In this document: in pieces, positions 23,518-37,529 of the stretch
Numbering within the stretch: the first letter of the stretch is position 1
Layout of the letters: each line of letters starts with the position of its first letter
DNA from: Azolla caroliniana
Taxonomy: Eukaryota > Plantae > Polypodiophyta
Reading direction: 5' to 3'
Length of the DNA stretch: 64,000 bases
Assembly (NCBI GenBank): GCA_043228905.1
Contig: JBHGNT010000002.1
Coordinates: 4,526,001-4,590,000, forward strand
Position numbers and translations under genes: made by a program
The notes under the pieces: generated by a model
The model's input: only the letters and a program-made list of their open reading frames with translations
Told to the model about the DNA's origin: nothing
Database searches by the model: none

Positions 23518-26500
23518 TCACAACCTATTCTTTTGCGGCTTAACCTTGTATATCCTCACAATCCAGTTGGAACTCGTGTAGGCCTCTTCAAGGTGATGAA
23601 GCTCAACATCTTTGTTTCCAATCTCAACACCTCTTGCACGGTCCCACCTGTTCAAGATAAATTGGAACATTTTTTTATTTATTCATTTGAGTTTTGAACT
23701 ACAACTTTTTAAATTATCGGCCAAAGCTTGGATTTATTTATTCATTAGTTGCAACCGAACTGATCAAAATAATTCATTTCCTCATAAGAAAAAAAGCATC
23801 TTATTTTCAACCTTTTTTCTTTTTAAAAAGAAAACTTAAATATTATGCGGGATCTACATTTTTAAGAATTCTACTATCCCATGATACACAAAATAATGTA
23901 AACAAACCAATATATGCAATAGACACATACCCGGGTGGCCTGCCATATTCTGTCATTAACTCTCCAAATCTATAGTAACAAAGCTTGTACCTAGAAAAAA
24001 ACATGGATCGCATATCTTTAGTGATGTCATTAATGGCTCAAATTTGTCTTCGATAAAAAGAACCGCAAGAAAAATCTCTAGATGGTGTCAGCATGAGTGA
24101 TTAGGCCAAAATTGCAACTTTTGTCCCTGCCCTTAGTTCCCAACTGTCGCAAACAATTCCCCCACCAAAAGGAAACAAAATAGCCACCAATTGATGGCAG
24201 GATCATATCAAGCATAGATAGACCCAATACATAACTCATATCATATTGAGCCACCATGGATCAAACCCCATGGAAATTCCTTATCTATGATAAGGTATTA
24301 TTGGAATTCAGACAAGTACTCAATATGATGTAGGTATCCACAACATATTGTTGGAAACAACCACTGTTACTTCATTATATATATGTATATGTGTGTATAT
24401 ACATACACACACATATACATATACATACATAATGTAGGTTAAGGAAACTAGATGCTTCGTTACATATGATAATTTTTGTCCAGAAACAGCAATCTAGACC
24501 ACAGTCGTTGATAATACACGCATGAAAAGATGACAGAATTCTCAAAGGGAGGGTAGAAAGAGTTGAAATGTGAATACTTATCAGATGAAGAAAACTAGAA
24601 GGTAAAGAGGTTCGCTGAAACAGAAGAGCTATGAGTGCAAAAGTCCCAATCCGCATATGCAAGCATGTCATGCCCCTAGACATCCATGTGGTCGCCATAC
24701 ATGCAGTCTCCGGCCTAAATGAAATAGCCTTAATATGATAATGGAAGCAGTTGTTTGAGCAAACCCATAGTTGTAGGGGGGGGCCTTTGAGTAGGATTCC
24801 CGAGCCTCATTTTGATCCTGGTGGTGATCACCATCCTCCTACTCTTGCCCAGATGATGAATACATATTAACATCCTCAGGAAGCCAGGAACATCACCTAT
24901 AGGTAGGTAGCCAAAAAAAGTGCTTTACCAGAGAGTTTCCTCCACTGGTTCGGAAGGTGCGTAGCTACATGTGGGTCGTGTCTTTATGTAAGGTCACTTC
25001 TATTCTGTATCTAAGAGGTGGGCTTCTTAAGAGGTTTTGTGCATGCAGTAATTGACAGTGGGAAGCATTTGTCAGATGACCATGAAGATGCACCCACAAG
25101 AGAGATCATGGAGAGGCACTATCACATAAATTGTGAAAGTCTAGCTTGTACATTATTATGCCATGTGTGAGAGTTGAGATCCTAGAGGGCATTTGTCGAA
25201 TAGGTGAGTTGCACATAAATAAAGGTAAACAAGCATAGACATGAATTCAATTAATAGAAAAAACCATCAAAATATGGAACATACATCAGACACTGAAGCA
25301 TCTTCGGTGCTGCTCCTTTGTCTACCCGATATTCTCCATTTACCAAATACTCAGGTTCCTTGATCACTGGAAAAACTCCACCTCCTATCCGCACCATCCA
25401 AAGGAATCTGCTCAGGAACAATCAAAAAAGAAACACATCCATTACTTTACATGCCTCAATTATAATGTGCTGAGTGAATAGTTAAAAACATACTTGTTGA
25501 TATCATCTGAAGAATAGCCAGTTACTCCTCCAAACACAACTAAAACATAGCCCACATCCAACTCTTGCATGATTTCATAGGCTTCATCTTCGTAAGAAGA
25601 CATAGCCCTGCCAACTGTAGCAATATGAGTATTATTCCATGTGTTGTTATCAACTATAACAGTCCTATTGCCCATTGCAGTGATTTGATACCCATAGTCC
25701 CACCATGACATAATCTTTGCATCCTCAGGTGTATTATGGCGAAGCCAGTAATAAGCCTCCCGAAAATCATCAAAAATAATTTTATCACCATTTGATTGCC
25801 GGGCAGCGAGAACAATCGAGGGAGAAGAGTATGCCTCTGAGGTTACCCATGTGCAATGAATAACATAGTTCATCAATAGGTAGAAAATGCCAAGCATGAG
25901 AACTGCTGCCCCCTTCCTTTGCATAGGCAAAGACTGATCTGACGCCCCCTGCAAGTTAATGAAATGAATTTATTTTATTTCCAAGATATGGGTTAATGAC
26001 CCAAATTAAGTTTTCAAGCTATGGGTTACAAGCCAATTTTATTATTTCGAGCTATGATAAATTTATTGCATCAAATATATGCGTTAATGAAGAACTTTAT
26101 TACAAATTAACCCAAAGATTTGTGACTGATTTGTACTTCTAATGAAATCGATTCTATGGTTTAGCTAGCGTATAAGATTCTCTTCATTAGATTTAGAGTT
26201 ATAGATTCCATGGCTTCGCTAACACATAGACTTTGAAGTAGATTTGTTCATTAACCCATCGACTCACCAACCAGATCAATATATTTCACACTATGATTTA
26301 GCGAGCAAAATTATTGATTTCCAATTATTGGTTAACGAACAATATAGTGATTTCTAATTATAGGTTAATGAGCAAAACTTTATCATTGACATTGATCAAA
26401 ACTTTATCCATTTCAACTGTATCAATTAACATTGATCAAACAACAAGTTAAAGGAAGTACTAAAAAAATGGCAATGAATTGAAATTTATGGGACATGAAC

Positions 26501-28792
26501 TACTTCAATCTATCACCTTGCCAAAAATCTTGCTGAGTGTTTCAACAGATTTCAAGATAGGAAATTAATAAAGAGAAATCATTGATTTGTGTATATGAAC
26601 AAATTTCTTGATTTGGAGAAAATTAATTTTTTTATTCAAGTTTATAGTTTAATCAAACAAATTTATGACAATGCAGTAGCTTATATCTCTCACCTTGTTA
26701 GTACCTTTTCCCGAACCAGAGACCTTTGTTGTGCCTGCTGCCGGAGCTTTTGCACGAAGTAAACCAGATAAATTCTTCAAACTTGCAGATACAGCAATTG
26801 CACTGATAAGACAAACTGCAGGTGCTGCAACTAGTATAAGCCGAACCATAACCCCAGCAAAATACATGCTTGTCAAGCCATATATAATAACAAATATCGT
26901 CGCATCGGTAAGCCGCTTGAAGCAAAAGTAAAGACCAGCCGGAAATAATATCAAAAGAATATGGAAATCAAACATAAAAGAAGACCATGCTGTTGGTTGA
27001 TGCTCTGACACCGATGCAATAATAGGTATATGGTCTTTTGCATAAGTGGGGTCTAAGAGGGAATAAAACCGTCCTGTCCATGGAGAAATGTATCCTGTTG
27101 CCATGCCTATAGCAAGAGCTAATGCACCAACAGTTGTTGCAGAGAGTACTGTTACTCTTAGGAATGCACGAAACAGTTTTGGATTATCAAGCTGATTTCT
27201 CACCCAATCCACTGCATAGAATACCTGCACAACAACAGATATATACAACATATATGCAACAAATTGGGATTATTGAGCTGCATTATTTCTGTCCTCAAAG
27301 CCTGAGATACAACCTAAACATTAAGTTTGCCAGTTGTAATGTTTGTATATATTGTCATGCTATATTTACGATTTACAAAATTACCAGTGTATAACAATGA
27401 GAATCATTGTAAAATACCAAAATTCTGTATCCTATTGAAAATAATATAGGAGACTTTATACATGTTTTTCCCCTCTTTGTGTGCAGCAAAATGCTTCTAA
27501 ACAATATAAAGTTATAGCACAATCTTTGGTGAAAGTAACAGCGGAATTACTGTGTTCTCTTGTGGATATGTACTAAATTCTTAGGTTTTGTACATTTACA
27601 TAGTTCCTGCGGAGTGATTTGGCTTATATAGGAAATTACATAAATGTTTTGATTAAAATACCTGAGTTTTTCATCAGTAACATCTTTGTTTTTGCTATTT
27701 ACCAAAATGTCCCTTGTCAATCCCCAAAAGAGAGAAACAATTAAAGAATTGAACATATGATTTCTCTTTCAAAGGTTGATCAGGGGCGTTTGGGGAAATG
27801 ATGAAAACTCAAGGGTGTGTAAGGAGATAATGAAAACTCAAGAGCATACTATTGAAAAAACGAAATATAAATATATATACAAATACCTGCATCAAGAAGA
27901 ATACACCCATAGCAGCCATATGCTCACCGGACTGCACATGCTGAAACCCGACAAATCGGATCTGCATCGCAAGTAGCATGCCCAGGATATACATCGTATT
28001 GTATGCAATATAAAGTCTTAGTGAATATCTACCGGTAATCAGCAAAGCAAGAACATACAAAGGAATCAAGTTAATGATGAAAATGTATCCACCCCATGCT
28101 GAGACCATGTAGAAGTAGGCAAATGCTGAACCCACTGACCATGCCAAAGAACCAGTTTTCACTGCCTTAACAAATAGATAAAAGGTTAAAAGCAATGCGA
28201 AGATTGCGACACCTTCATTATCATAAGAACCAGCCACAGATCTTGATATATAACCAGGGCAAATCGCAATAAGAGCAGCAGCTACAAGCCCAGCACCTGA
28301 ATCCCATATCTCCTTGCCAAAGAAGTACGCAACAATAGTTGTATTTGAAGCAAAGAAGGGCGCAATAAACACGCATACATCTCTTATATGAACTACACAT
28401 GTGAGAAATCTTAGTGTCCAATACAAAATTGCAGCTGTTACCATAAGACCTGGGTAAAGTGTCCCGCCTATGATTCGGCCTAATGGGTACCATGACTCGT
28501 AATCAAACCAATTCCAGAACTCATAGAACCCTTTCTCTGTAAGATAGAGAGTTGTCCTATAATTGAAATAAGGATCAAATTCATGAATCATACTCTCATA
28601 CCGGAGCACGCTGAATAGCCGAGTCGCAAAAGCAAGCACATAGATCAACATCAAAGAACTGATCCTCAGCAACAATTCTTGCTGTTTGGTCTTTACTTTG
28701 AAGCTTTTCAGTGAGATCTGAAGAGAATCTAGAAAGGGTTGGGAAGGACCCATGATAGGCAGAGAAAAGGGCTTACCTTCTTTGGCACCCAT
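23518..28792 (-). CDS. STT3: Oligosaccharyltransferase catalytic subunit STT3 (STT3B-like)
   Basis: Exons 28792-27887, 27224-26694, 25948-25494, 25407-25285, 23990-23931, 23647-23518 with GT-AG junctions in frame. Motifs: '[11 protein letters not shown]', 'SVAGSYDNE', 'SVSEHQP', 'WWDYG', '[10 protein letters not shown]', 'DINKFLWMVRI', 'WIVRIYKV'. Confidence 0.98.
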
Positions 28793-28802
28793 AAACCCTA
28801 AT
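28793..28802. promoter_or_regulatory. Telo-box-like AAACCCTAAT immediately upstream of the STT3 start codon
   Basis: AAACCCTA motif; similar motifs at ~32378 (TOC75 intron 1) and ~53113 (PDS5 5' region). Function not shown. Confidence 0.4.
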
Positions 28803-29090
28803 TCGATGAAAACCTAAGAACTTGGGCAGTTGGGTTATGGTTGAATCGTCTGAGATCTTTAGGTAACACAAGTGTGTCGGATATACCTTACGAAGCAGAG
28901 GTGAATTCCATGGCTCTGTAGCTCACACAAGAACATATGTTTTTCTTTTCTCATTTTTCACAGATCTCAATTGAATTTTGGAAGAGAAAGAGCATGTGAG
29001 GTATTGGTTTCACACTGTGATGGGCAGGCGAGGAGGGTCTCCGGGACTAACCACCTCATTCATGAACCTTTCATTGTCCGGTGTTTTGTC

Positions 29091-29137
29091 CAGTTCAGTT
29101 CAGTTCAGTTCAGTTCAGTTCAGCTCAGCTCAGCTCA
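29091..29137. repeat. (CAGTT)n/(CAGCT)n pentamer repeat
   Basis: About 9 tandem pentamers upstream of STT3. Confidence 0.85.
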
Positions 29138-29390
29138 AATCTGTACTTAGGTTTTAGATTGTATGGCCATATGAGCAAGCATCTATATCAATGTGGCACT
29201 GTTTGTTGGCCCCGATACTCATGGTCTAGATAGACGTTCTGGGTTGGGATCAAACCTTGTAATTCATGAGAGGCACAAACTTGTTGACAGTGGATATCGT
29301 GTGTGTGTGTGTGCGCGCGCGTGTGTGTTTGAGTGGAAAAAGGGGTTTAGAATGTGTTTTTGTTTGGGTTATCCACATTGACGTATCTGA

Positions 29391-29860
29391 AAGAATGTAG
29401 CTTGGTTGAGGTTTTGTGCATCATTCATAACTGGGGCATATCGGTTCTTGATCGATTGTCCATACTAATGCAGTTTGGTTATCATTGCTTAGTGGAATGC
29501 AATTACCCTCCTGTCTTGGATAGGCTCAAACAATGCACTAGAATGAAAATCTATGTTGATGTGGTGCGACATCATTTGCCTTTATGGGTGTATAGCATCT
29601 TGTTCAGATTTTCTAGCACAAAGAATGTGGCTTGGTTGAGGGTTTGTGCAACATTCGTGGCTAGGGCGTATCGGTTCTTGTATTGATTGTCCATACTAAT
29701 GTGGTCTAGTTACCATCGCTTAGTGGGATGTAATTATCCTCGTGCCTTGGATATCCTGCCAACAATGTGAGGTTAGGCTCAAACAATGCACTAGAACAAA
29801 ATCCTATGTTGATGTGGTGCAACATCGTTGGCCTATGGTTGTATAGCTTCTTGTTCAGAT
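29391..29860. repeat. Diverged tandem duplication, ~230-bp unit
   Basis: 'aagaatgt(a/g)gcttggttgagg...atcggttcttg...tgtccatactaatg...aggctcaaacaatgcactagaa' at 29391 and 29621. Confidence 0.8.
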
Positions 29861-31104
29861 TTTCCTCTTTGTTTGGCACAAATCGCTAATTGTGGGAACA
29901 TTGCTCTTGGTTTTGGACACATGTCCAATAATAAACCATGGTAGTATGGGATAAGCCATTGAGAACATGACGCAGACAAACATTTGTATGGATTGTCCAT
30001 GTTGATGTGGCACGAATCATTCACCGTATATGTGGACGACTTATTCGGGTTGTTGTTGAGATTGAATACATTGTATCCAACATACAAGCAAGGAAACCAC
30101 ATCTGGAAATATACAATGGCTACTCAATACTTGGCTAGGTATCCATGTTGATGTGACATAAAATTGTTTAGTTGCAATAATTGTTTTCTAGCTTGTTGAT
30201 GTTCCCCATAATTTTTTCCCATGCTTGAACCTATGCATGCCAACCAAGTTTCATGAGCCTCGCCTAATCCTTGTGTGTCCAGACTCCAAATTGTTTGCTC
30301 ACCTACTTCTAAGGTTTGTTTCATTGGATGACAGTACAAACGATCACATTCACCAATCTTCAATATCGACTTTGCTTGCAAAAACTTATCAAGGAGAGGA
30401 ATTTATTCAAGAGTGAAATTCAATTTATTATTATTGTCTTTCAAATGAGAAAATCATTGTCCAAAATGTTGATAAAGCCATTTTCCAAAAGGAAATGGTT
30501 TGTTTGCATGATGCCAAACTCAAATTTGGTTTTCCAAATTTTACATTGTAAATCCATTTTCCAAAGGAAATGGTTGGTTTGCATGATCTCATAACTCAAA
30601 ATATGAAATGTTTTTTATACTTTGAGACAAGTGACAACATCAAACAAATAATTCCGTTTGTCTTGAACCCATGACCTCCATGTCAAAAGACACAAGCTTT
30701 AGGGCTACAAATTTGAAAATATTTCCAAGGGTGCCAAATTTTCAATATGGCACATAAATGCAATGACTTTGCATTGTATCTTGGGAGGTTTAGGCCTAGT
30801 TCCATTCCATTGCAAGAGACTTGAGAGTATCCACAAGTCTTGTTGGTTGAAAGCAGAGTATGTGGGGTTGATGACATACGTGAAAGGTCACTAAAAATAT
30901 TCTTTTACGTAAAGAAAAGGGTAACATTTGACATGGAGTGAAACTTTGAACACACTATCATAGATCATGCCCACAACACAAAAATGAAAGTACTAGATAA
31001 TAAACATTATATCGATCATAAGTAAATGATATAACAACTAGTGTGAAAGCTACCAACAAGAGTCAATGGCCTAAATGTGGGCACCGTGATCTAATATAAA
31101 AATG

Positions 31105-31415
31105 TTACAATTAGAAAACCACGAGAAGCATGTAACCCCCTTACAAAGCTACAATTGTTGGTTGTACCATGAAGGGTTTATTCCAAACATCATAATTTTT
31201 GTTTTTTTTATAGCAAATCTGTATGAATTGGAACACGGAGAGCTACAAGTTCACGTGTTACGTTTAGAAAACCATAAGAAGTGTGCAACCCCCTTACAAA
31301 GCTACAAATGTTGGTCATACCTGGAAGGGTCTATTCCAAACTTCATATGTTTTGATTTTTAATAATAGCAAATACGTATGAATTGGATATATGGAGAGGC
31401 ATGAGTTCATGTTTG
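31105..31415. repeat. Diverged tandem duplication, ~153-bp unit
   Basis: 'ttagaaaacca...aacccccttacaaagctaca...ttccaaac' at 31111 and 31264. Confidence 0.8.
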
Positions 31416-31602
31416 TCGACGTAGAAATCACGTAGAAAGAAAATCGTAAACATTGATCACATCACATGTCATGCGCCCTCGAGTCAGCTCATTTGCCATC
31501 CCTATTGATCAAAACATTCATCAAATCTTATTCCCCGACAATCATACTTGCCCTAATCACAAAGCTTGTTTATCCGTGGTGTTGTATGCATTGATCCGGT
31601 CC

Positions 31603-31998
31603 GATGTTATGTGATTAGTTTAGGTTGGTAGCATATGCAACCGAGAGCATCAAACTTTGCTCTAATTAGTTGACAGATGCAAGATCTCGACTAAAATTGA
31701 GATTAAGGTTACGATTATGATTAAGATTATGGTTGAGATTGAGATTAAGGTATGATGTTATGTGATTAGCTTAGGTTGGTAACATATGCAACTAAGAGCA
31801 TCAAACTTTGCTCTAATTAATTGACAGATGCAAGACCCTGATTGAAATCGAGATTAAGGTCACGATTATGATTAAGATTATGGTTGAGATTGAGATTGAG
31901 ATTGAGATTGAGATTGAGATTAGGATTGAGATTGAGATTGAGATTGAGATTGAGATTGAGATTGAGATTGAGATTGAGATTAGGATTGAAATTGAGAT
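31603..31998. repeat. ~150-bp tandem duplication ending in a (GAGATT)n array
   Basis: Unit starts at 31603 and 31754; about 19 GAGATT-type hexamers at 31885-31998. Confidence 0.9.
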
Positions 31999-32129
31999 TT
32001 ATTATGCAATAAAAATTGTGGAGTTTTTATTTAACTATAATTTTAATCTAATATTCAAAAAAAGGAGAAAAAAAGGGGCTTCATTGAGATAAACCTTGAA
32101 GGGAAGAAGAGCTTTCTCTGAGCCTGGCT

Positions 32130-35100
32130 ATGGCGTCCATGTAAGTTTTCTTCTGCTTCCTCCTGCTCCTCCCCCCCCTCCTCCTCTTCACTCCATTTTT
32201 GGGTCGTTCCTCATTTCACGCCCGTGGCACAAAAAGCGCCCTTTAACTGTGTGTACATTCTTAAAACCCCCAATTTTTGTTTTTTTTTTTTTGCCCTCCT
32301 GTATTCTCGTTCATGACACACAAAATCTACTTGTTTTCGTTTAGTAAATTCCAACTTAAATTTCTATGCGTTCAGCAAAACCCTAATTATTTTTCTATTC
32401 GTAAATTACCTTCAATTTGTGTGTTTTTTTGTTTTTTCCTGTTTTATTTCCAAAAGAGAATACCCACATTTCTTAACAGTATATATGTTTCTTTGTTTTA
32501 TTTTCTCTTTGTTTAAATCAGGTCTAAACAGAGTTTAGATCAGTCTTTTTCTCTACCAAACATGCATTTCCAACACAAAAGTACTTCTTCCATCTCTCCT
32601 CTGAGTAATTCTTCACAAGGGAGTACAAGCATAGCCTCCCTCAGGATTTCAGGTTCCATGCAAAACTTCAAGTTTAGAGTTTCAAGTTCCGTGGAGAACT
32701 GCAACCTTAGGGTTCCAAGTTCAGTAGAGAACCCTAAATTTAGGGGGTCAGGATCAACTACCAAAAACAACAAGTTTAGGGTTTCATGTTCAATGGAAAA
32801 CTCAGACTCGTCCAATGTGAAGGACCCTAGGGATTTTAAGGTTAGGATGAGGAAATTAGGTGTTGTTGCTACCGGATCTGCTCTAGGTATAGTTGGAGCT
32901 TCTCTATTACAAGTAATTGGATATGGTAATGGAGGAGGAGGGTTTGGAGGAGGGGGTTCATATGGTGGTGGTGGTGGTGGTGATGGTTCAGGTTTTAGTA
33001 AATTTAATTGGGTAGAAAATTTCATGGCTTTTGCAAGCTCAGAAGACTCAGAGTATGACGCTCATGACCTCCAAATAGGTTATAAAGCTAATATAACAAA
33101 GCTCAGCGAGGGGAAAAAATATAAACTATCAGGTGTTGAATTGATTGATAGTCGGGTTGATAGACCTGTTGGTAAAGATGATCCTTTCCACGAACTTATC
33201 ACAATAAGGCCAGGTGGAATTGTTACGAAATCTCAATTGCAAACCGAGCTTGAGAATCTATCGAGTTGTGGGATGTTTGAGAGCGTTGAGATGGAAGCAT
33301 TGCCTCAGATAGATGGAACCTTGAAGATGCAAGTTGTATTTGCAGAGAGTGAGTGGCAAGGTGCAGAATCAATCAGATGTGTCAATGTTGGATTACTACC
33401 TCAATCGAAGCCACCTGATGTAGATTTTGCCAAGTTGTCAGACAAGGAGAAAGAGTCATTCATAAGAGCTCAAGAAGATGAATATAAAGAAAGGCTTAGG
33501 AGGACAAGACCATGCATACTACCAAAGTCAGTAGAAAAAGAGATCATTTCATGGCTTCGGATGGAGAGAAGAGTTACTGCAAGGATTCTTCAGAAGATTC
33601 GAGACGAAGTTCAGAAGTGGTATCATGACCAAGGTTTTGCTTGTGCCCAAGTTGTCAACTTTGGGAATCTCAATACAAAAGAGATCGTTTGTGAAGTTGT
33701 CGAGGGTGACATAACTGATGTTATAGTACAATTTCAAGACAAGATGGGCCTTACATGCGAAGGAAACACAGATTTGAGGATTGTTGAAAGAGAGCTACCT
33801 GATCAGGTAAGGATTTTAGGTGTGCTAATCGTGTTTGCACTATGATCAATGTTTGGGAAAAATTCCTTATTAATTAACCGAGTTTCCTTTTCATGCATGA
33901 AATAATTTGGAAATCAAGAGAAAATACCACATTCCTGTTTTATTTTATTACCTTTATAAATATTTTGAATCAGCAAGTTCAGAATTTAAACTGCCTCCTG
34001 TAATGAATGGGGCACCTCCTTCAAACATTTGGAACTTGGAAATCAGTATTGCATTGTAAATATTCTGAACTGGCCAGTTCAGAATTTCAACTGCCTCCTT
34101 TAATGAATGGTGGTAGCTCTTTCTTTGAACATTTGAAATATACTCTTAATACAGCTATTCCTAATGAGATGTTAGATGATAGTTTTGCTCTTCAATTAAA
34201 ACAGAAATCAAACACGTTTGATATCAGTAGCAAATTATTGCAATTCACATTGCATACACATATCTCACACTTTTCAAAGATTAACAGCTGGAGCTTCACA
34301 TGGAACTGCATTTCTTTCTCTTCCTCGAAATTTCTACTGCCTCGACTTAAATATGTTCAAATTTGCAGCTACAATCTGGTTATATCTTCAATATTGAAGC
34401 TGGGAAAAGGGCTTTGAGGAATGTAAATAGCCTTGGGTTGTTTGCAAACATTGAAGTAAATCCTCGTCCGGACGAAGAGAATGATGGTGGAATCGTTGTG
34501 GAAATTAAGCTTAAAGAACTTGATCAAAAGACTGCTGAAGTCTCCACAGAGTGGAGCATTGCTCCTGGAGGATCTGGTTGGCCTAGCTTGGTGTGTATGA
34601 TATATATTGACAAGTTAATTTCTCAAAATGAAGTGAGGAATTATGAAGAATTTGTTTTCTGGTGCACTTACTACAGGCATCGATACAACCGGGTGGAAGT
34701 GTAACTTTTGAGCATCGAAATTTGCAAGGTCTCAACCGATCCCTTTTTGGCTCTGTTACGTCAAACAACCTCCTTAATCCTCAGGTATACAATTTATATA
34801 TTAAATTAAATCAATGTATTTTCTTGAACTAATCATGCATTAAAGTGAATTTTACCAAATAATGTATAGCAAATGACAATATTTATGTTTTGATGTTGAG
34901 CTTTGTGGAACCTTGTTCTCTTGATTGATATGTCATTATAGTTGTATTAGGGAGTCAAAGGCGAGGCTTATATATGCTTCATGATGAGTACTGTAATGCA
35001 TTGCTTATTAGATATGTTTATATACCAGGACCTGGTTTTGACATTGATGCCATTTGACAAATGCCAATATTTATGCTTATATGTTGAAGCTTGCTGGGAT

Positions 35101-37529
35101 CTTGTTTTCTTGATGTGTCTGTTAAATTAAGTTTTTTTGGGGAGTTAGACTGAGGCATATATATGTTTCATGACCAGTACTATAATGAATGACTTCTCAT
35201 CTTTATTTATGTTTGTGTAGGATGACCTTGGTTTTAAATTGGAGTATGTGCATCCTTATCTTGATGGGGTGGAAGATCCACACAATCGGACTTTGAAAGC
35301 TAGTTGTTTCAATAGTCGTAAACTGAGTCCTGTTTTCACTGGAGGACCAGGAGTTGAGGAGGTACCAGCAATATGGGTCGATCGAGCAGGGCTGAAGGCT
35401 AATATAACAGAGGTTAGTTCTTGAAGGGTGTAGAAAAATAGAATTTCACTGTCTGCGTGCTTAGCTGAAGTTTGAACTGTTGAAACTACTTACAGTATTT
35501 ATTGATTTTTCAGAGCTTTTCTAGGCAAAGCAAATTTACCTATGGTCTAGTATTTGAAGAGATAACTACTAGGGATGAAACGAGTGCTGTTTGTACGAAT
35601 GGGGTTCGAACTCTTCCGAATGGAGGGTTAAGTATGGATGGGCCTCCAACAACTCTTAGCGACACTGGTATTGATCGTGTTGGCTTTTTCCAAGCTAACA
35701 TTACTCGTGACACTACAGCTTTTATCAATGGAACACCTGTTGGTACCAGACAAATATTTCAGGTTAGATTATTATAGTTTTTTTGTGAATGTGTGGGGGA
35801 TGCAAAACAAATATATATACAACAAAATCAGGTCAATTATATGAGTATAACTCATGTCAGTATGTGTCATAACGTCCACCGGTAAGGCACATATTTTCAA
35901 ATTTGTAAGCCAATCGAGCCGTCTCCATACTAAAAACCACTTCGAAGTTTGAACCCCCAATATCTTATGTTTGTTCTGTACTTTCATAGCAATAGCAATT
36001 TTCCACCAGCATGCTATGATACCAAAGCATATCATCCCTTTCCATTGGTTTGATCGTAGATTTTTGGGTTGTTCCACAATTGGCATTGGATCATTGGGCG
36101 CCTTGGGCCTGTGATCTCTTATGTGATTTTGAAGGAGCTATTTTCATCAGTTCAAGTGTGTCTAGGATCTATCCTTGTATTATATATACACATTATATGT
36201 ATAATGTATATACCTGCCATACATTCAAGCTATATATAGTGGATTGTATGTCTTAATGCTGTGTGCTTCAAGTGCATAAGGTTGGAAGTATATCTGGTTT
36301 TTCATTTGTTTATAAGAGAATCACTGCCCTAATTGATCAAAAATGTTCTTTTATATCTGATAATTAGACTATCTTGGCAGGTTGATCAAGGATTAGGAAT
36401 TGGTAGTCAATTCCCCATTTTCAACAGGCATCAAATAACTGCAACCCGATTCATTCAGCTGAAGAAGGTACCGGTGGGTGAGAAGGAAGCTCCACCACCA
36501 GTGCTTGTTTTACATGGTCGTTATGGGGGTTGCATCGGTGACCTTGCAGCATATGATGCATTCACACTAGGAGGACCTTATTCTGTCCGGGGATATAACA
36601 TGGGCGAGTTGGGAGCTTGCCGTAACATTCTTGAGGTATACTAATTAAGCTTTTGGAAAGTTGTCTCTACCTGTTTTATTTTGTTTGGCAAATTCCTAAG
36701 ATACTCCTAGGTTTTCATAATTCACCAGAATATCCCTCAGTGGTACAAAATGTACTCTATATAGCTGTATTTTGATAAGTTTTTAAACTTAGGGATATCT
36801 GGTCAGTACCCTAAAAGCTATGGGTGCTCTGGTATTTTGCCGTTCTTTTAAGTATTTGTGGTGGTGTTCAATACTCGGCTCATTTGTCATGATGAAGTGT
36901 TAGTACACATGATCTCAAACCGAAAAGAAGGAATCCTTTTTAAAGTGAAGATATTCAATTTATAAGGATGATGCTTTCCCATTTTGCTTTTGAATGTTCA
37001 TATCCTCTTAATCTGGAGTGAGAGTGGTGGTTGGAGTTGAACTAATCTTATGTGTGGCTCATAAGCTTGAGAAACTAAACCAATTCTCCCTGTCTGTTAG
37101 CTTTCTCTAATACATGATATATATCTATGCAAGAAGACCCAATAATGATGAAATCAACCATGGAGCTAACTTAGTATGTTGGTATGAGGCAAATTAAATA
37201 AGCAACTGAATTGCATGACTAACCTTTATTTAGCTTCTCTAAAGATAAATCCGTGTAATAAATTAAGTCTTCTCTTTCCAATTTTGCAGCTTGCAACGGA
37301 ACTTCGTGTACCAGTTTGGAATACGCAAACGTACGGATTTCTGGAGTATGGAACAGATCTCGGAAGTTCAAAAGATTTAAGAGGAAACCCGACTGAGTTT
37401 TTCCGCCGCGCCGGAAGTGGCATGTCTTATGGAGTTGGAGTGAAGCTTGGATTAATGAGGGCCGAGTATGCTAGAGATTGCAATACAGGCTCAGGATCAT
37501 TGTTCGTTAGATTTGGAGAAAGGTTTTGA
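32130..37529 (+). CDS. TOC75: Chloroplast outer-envelope protein import channel TOC75 (Toc75-III type, Omp85 family)
   Basis: Exons 32130-32140, 32522-33806, 34369-34590, 34677-34784, 35221-35412, 35514-35762, 36381-36635, 37290-37529. Ser-rich transit peptide plus poly-Gly stretch; POTRA region 'WYHDQGFACAQVVNFGNLNT'; 'SVRGYNMGELG'; C-terminal 'FVRFGERF'. Confidence 0.96.

Noticed and set aside
24700-25210. More GC-balanced segment in STT3 intron 4, considered as a snoRNA or TE
   Set aside because: No paired C/D or H/ACA boxes on the sense strand and no TIR or TSD identified.
30000-30150. 'YVDD' tetrapeptide in a plus frame
   Set aside because: No flanking RT motifs; probably chance.
31868-32092. 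ORF with (EI)n repeat
   Set aside because: Translation of the GAGATT array.
32540-33025. Pro-rich minus-strand ORF resembling an extensin
   Set aside because: Antisense of the TOC75 poly-Gly transit region.
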